From Squalus acanthias (Eukaryota), in contig CM059432.1 of NCBI GenBank assembly GCA_030390025.1, positions 120,778,001-120,842,000 of the forward strand: DNA of 64,000 nucleotides. The letters run 5' to 3'. Shown piece after piece: positions 62,397 to 64,000 of this stretch. The notes under the pieces are model-generated. The model worked only from the letters and a program-made list of their open reading frames with translations, was not told where the DNA came from and did not search any database. How positions within the stretch are numbered: position 1 is the stretch's first letter; each line of letters opens with the position of its first letter. A program made the translations under genes and the position numbers.

Positions 62397-62630
62397 GTAT
62401 ATGGTCAGTGGAAACTGATTGGCCGACTGCACTTCCTTTGTTCTAAACTTTCTTATGTTTCTTTGAGCACAAAAAACAAATCAATACGCCTCATGAAAAT
62501 GAGTTAATTCTCTCCCCTCTCCGGAAATGACTGTTCACTAGTGACAATCCTTGGTATTTGTTTTAGGCAAGGTTAAGAAAAGAGTTGATTAATGTTTGGC
62601 AGATGTATATAGGGCTGAATCCATCAACAC

Positions 62631-63892
62631 TGTCAGACAAAATGGGCACAATACCCCTCCTCCCTTATCCACACACCACCAGTCGATCTGGTAAAAGAGA
62701 CCATTAACTTCACTTGGGTGCAATTCCAACCCCACCCACCTCACTGGATCACCAGAAATTTATTACGTAAAATATATTGTAAATTCGCCCCGTCAAACAG
62801 TTTCCAAAGTTCAGACCCATCAAACAGACAACACAAAACCTAATGAAACCCAGTGAAACTTCTTTTACTTAAACATCAGCAAGAGATTACAAGTAATCCG
62901 ATAGGCTTGTAACATATAATAATTCCCAATTATACCTCAGCAGACACAGAGCTATCCATTTACTTTAAGCTCAAGCAAATCACCACATATGTACTAACAC
63001 CAGTGAGTGGTCAATCCGGCAGTGACTAGATGTATGATTTCTGGCAACTGACCAGGTCGTCTCCAACTGCAGCCCCGAGTGTTTTTTTACAGCATCTTTT
63101 ATACCTTAAAACTTGGCAGCCCTCCCACTGTGTACGTGTCCCTAATTATATGGCATAATGGTCATCAGTAGCTTTCAGTTCTTCTTATCAATAGTTCGTT
63201 GAGCTGCTGTGGGTGTCAAGGCCAGTTGCATTCCATAGTTTGAAGATGTTTTTGTCTTTGCACTGATTTCACAGCTCAATAGTCTGTTCTCACAGAACTT
63301 TAAAAGACTGTTTTCCATATCTGTGGAAAGACAATTGGCAGCTTTCACAGCTTATAAGTAGCATCTCAGCAACCAGTCTCTTGGCCTCGTGAATCATGAT
63401 GGTGCATAGTATTTGGTCAACTTTTAAGTTTGGTACAGCAAATAGTGTGTTCTACAAAGCTATAATGATAAACACAATGCATGTTGCACGATCTAAAAAT
63501 GTTATCCAGCTGAGTAAATCAACAAATTTCATAGCCAATTCAACTAAGCTAGGTAATCTTCAGTTAGTTTGACATGGCTGATCCAAAGTCATGCATTTCA
63601 CAAAAGCAAATGCACAACAGCAGATGGTTCAGTCGTAAATGTTTGGTAATTTACAAGAATACTGATGTGTGTGACACCAGGCATCAATACACAAAGCAGG
63701 AGAAGCAATTACAGAGACATAGTCAAATTGTATGTTTAATGGTGATTTATTGTTAAGTTGTGCACCTAACTCTGTATCTGATGAATAGTGGTGCATATTC
63801 TTCAGTAATTTATGCTCGACAGTCATATGCAAAACTAGTTGTCGTGGTTGCACGGAGAATTGTATTGACTTAAAAAAAATCGCATTCTCACA
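62631..63892 (-). mobile_element. LTR-like repeat (probable old solo LTR)
   Basis: The minus strand reads TGTGAGA...TCTGACA, with TATAAAA at 63097-63103 and AATAAA at 62759-62764. Homologous to the CR1 flanks. No clear TSD. Confidence 0.6.
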
Positions 63893-64000
63893 TTCTTAAA
63901 TGAGTCATTGCAGGTGTATGTGACAGGAAAAATGTTTATAGATTAAAACTGTTTCGATATTATTAGACTGAGTGCTGCATCTAACGAATGAAAAAATAAT

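Noticed and set aside
1..64000. CRISPR array, operons or prokaryotic defence system
   Set aside because: This is a vertebrate repeat landscape with spliceosomal introns and no repeat-spacer periodicity.

Overview
This is eukaryotic, repeat-dense DNA, most likely intronic or intergenic, from a cartilaginous fish (shark). That assignment is inferred from the HE1-like V-SINE with its HER1-like CR1 partner and from the many SacSINE1-like Deu-SINEs. I found no host protein-coding gene, rRNA, true tRNA gene or CRISPR. The window holds a full-length two-ORF CR1 LINE and a second LINE family that lacks a visible ORF1. It also holds a young Penelope element with a 13-bp TSD and a hammerhead ribozyme, inserted into a fossil hAT transposase. 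There are solo LTRs, many SINEs and MITEs, and at least six gene-bearing PIF/Harbinger relics. The most interesting feature is a Harbinger family that survives as complementary deletion derivatives. Element A (16797-19907) keeps the transposase and has lost the Myb gene. Element B, 400 bp away (20310-22989), has lost the transposase but keeps an open three-exon, 451-aa Myb/SANT plus coiled-coil gene. Element C (41215-44279) has a clean internal transposase deletion. All family names come from recall of motifs, not from database searches, and coordinates of old repeats are approximate.
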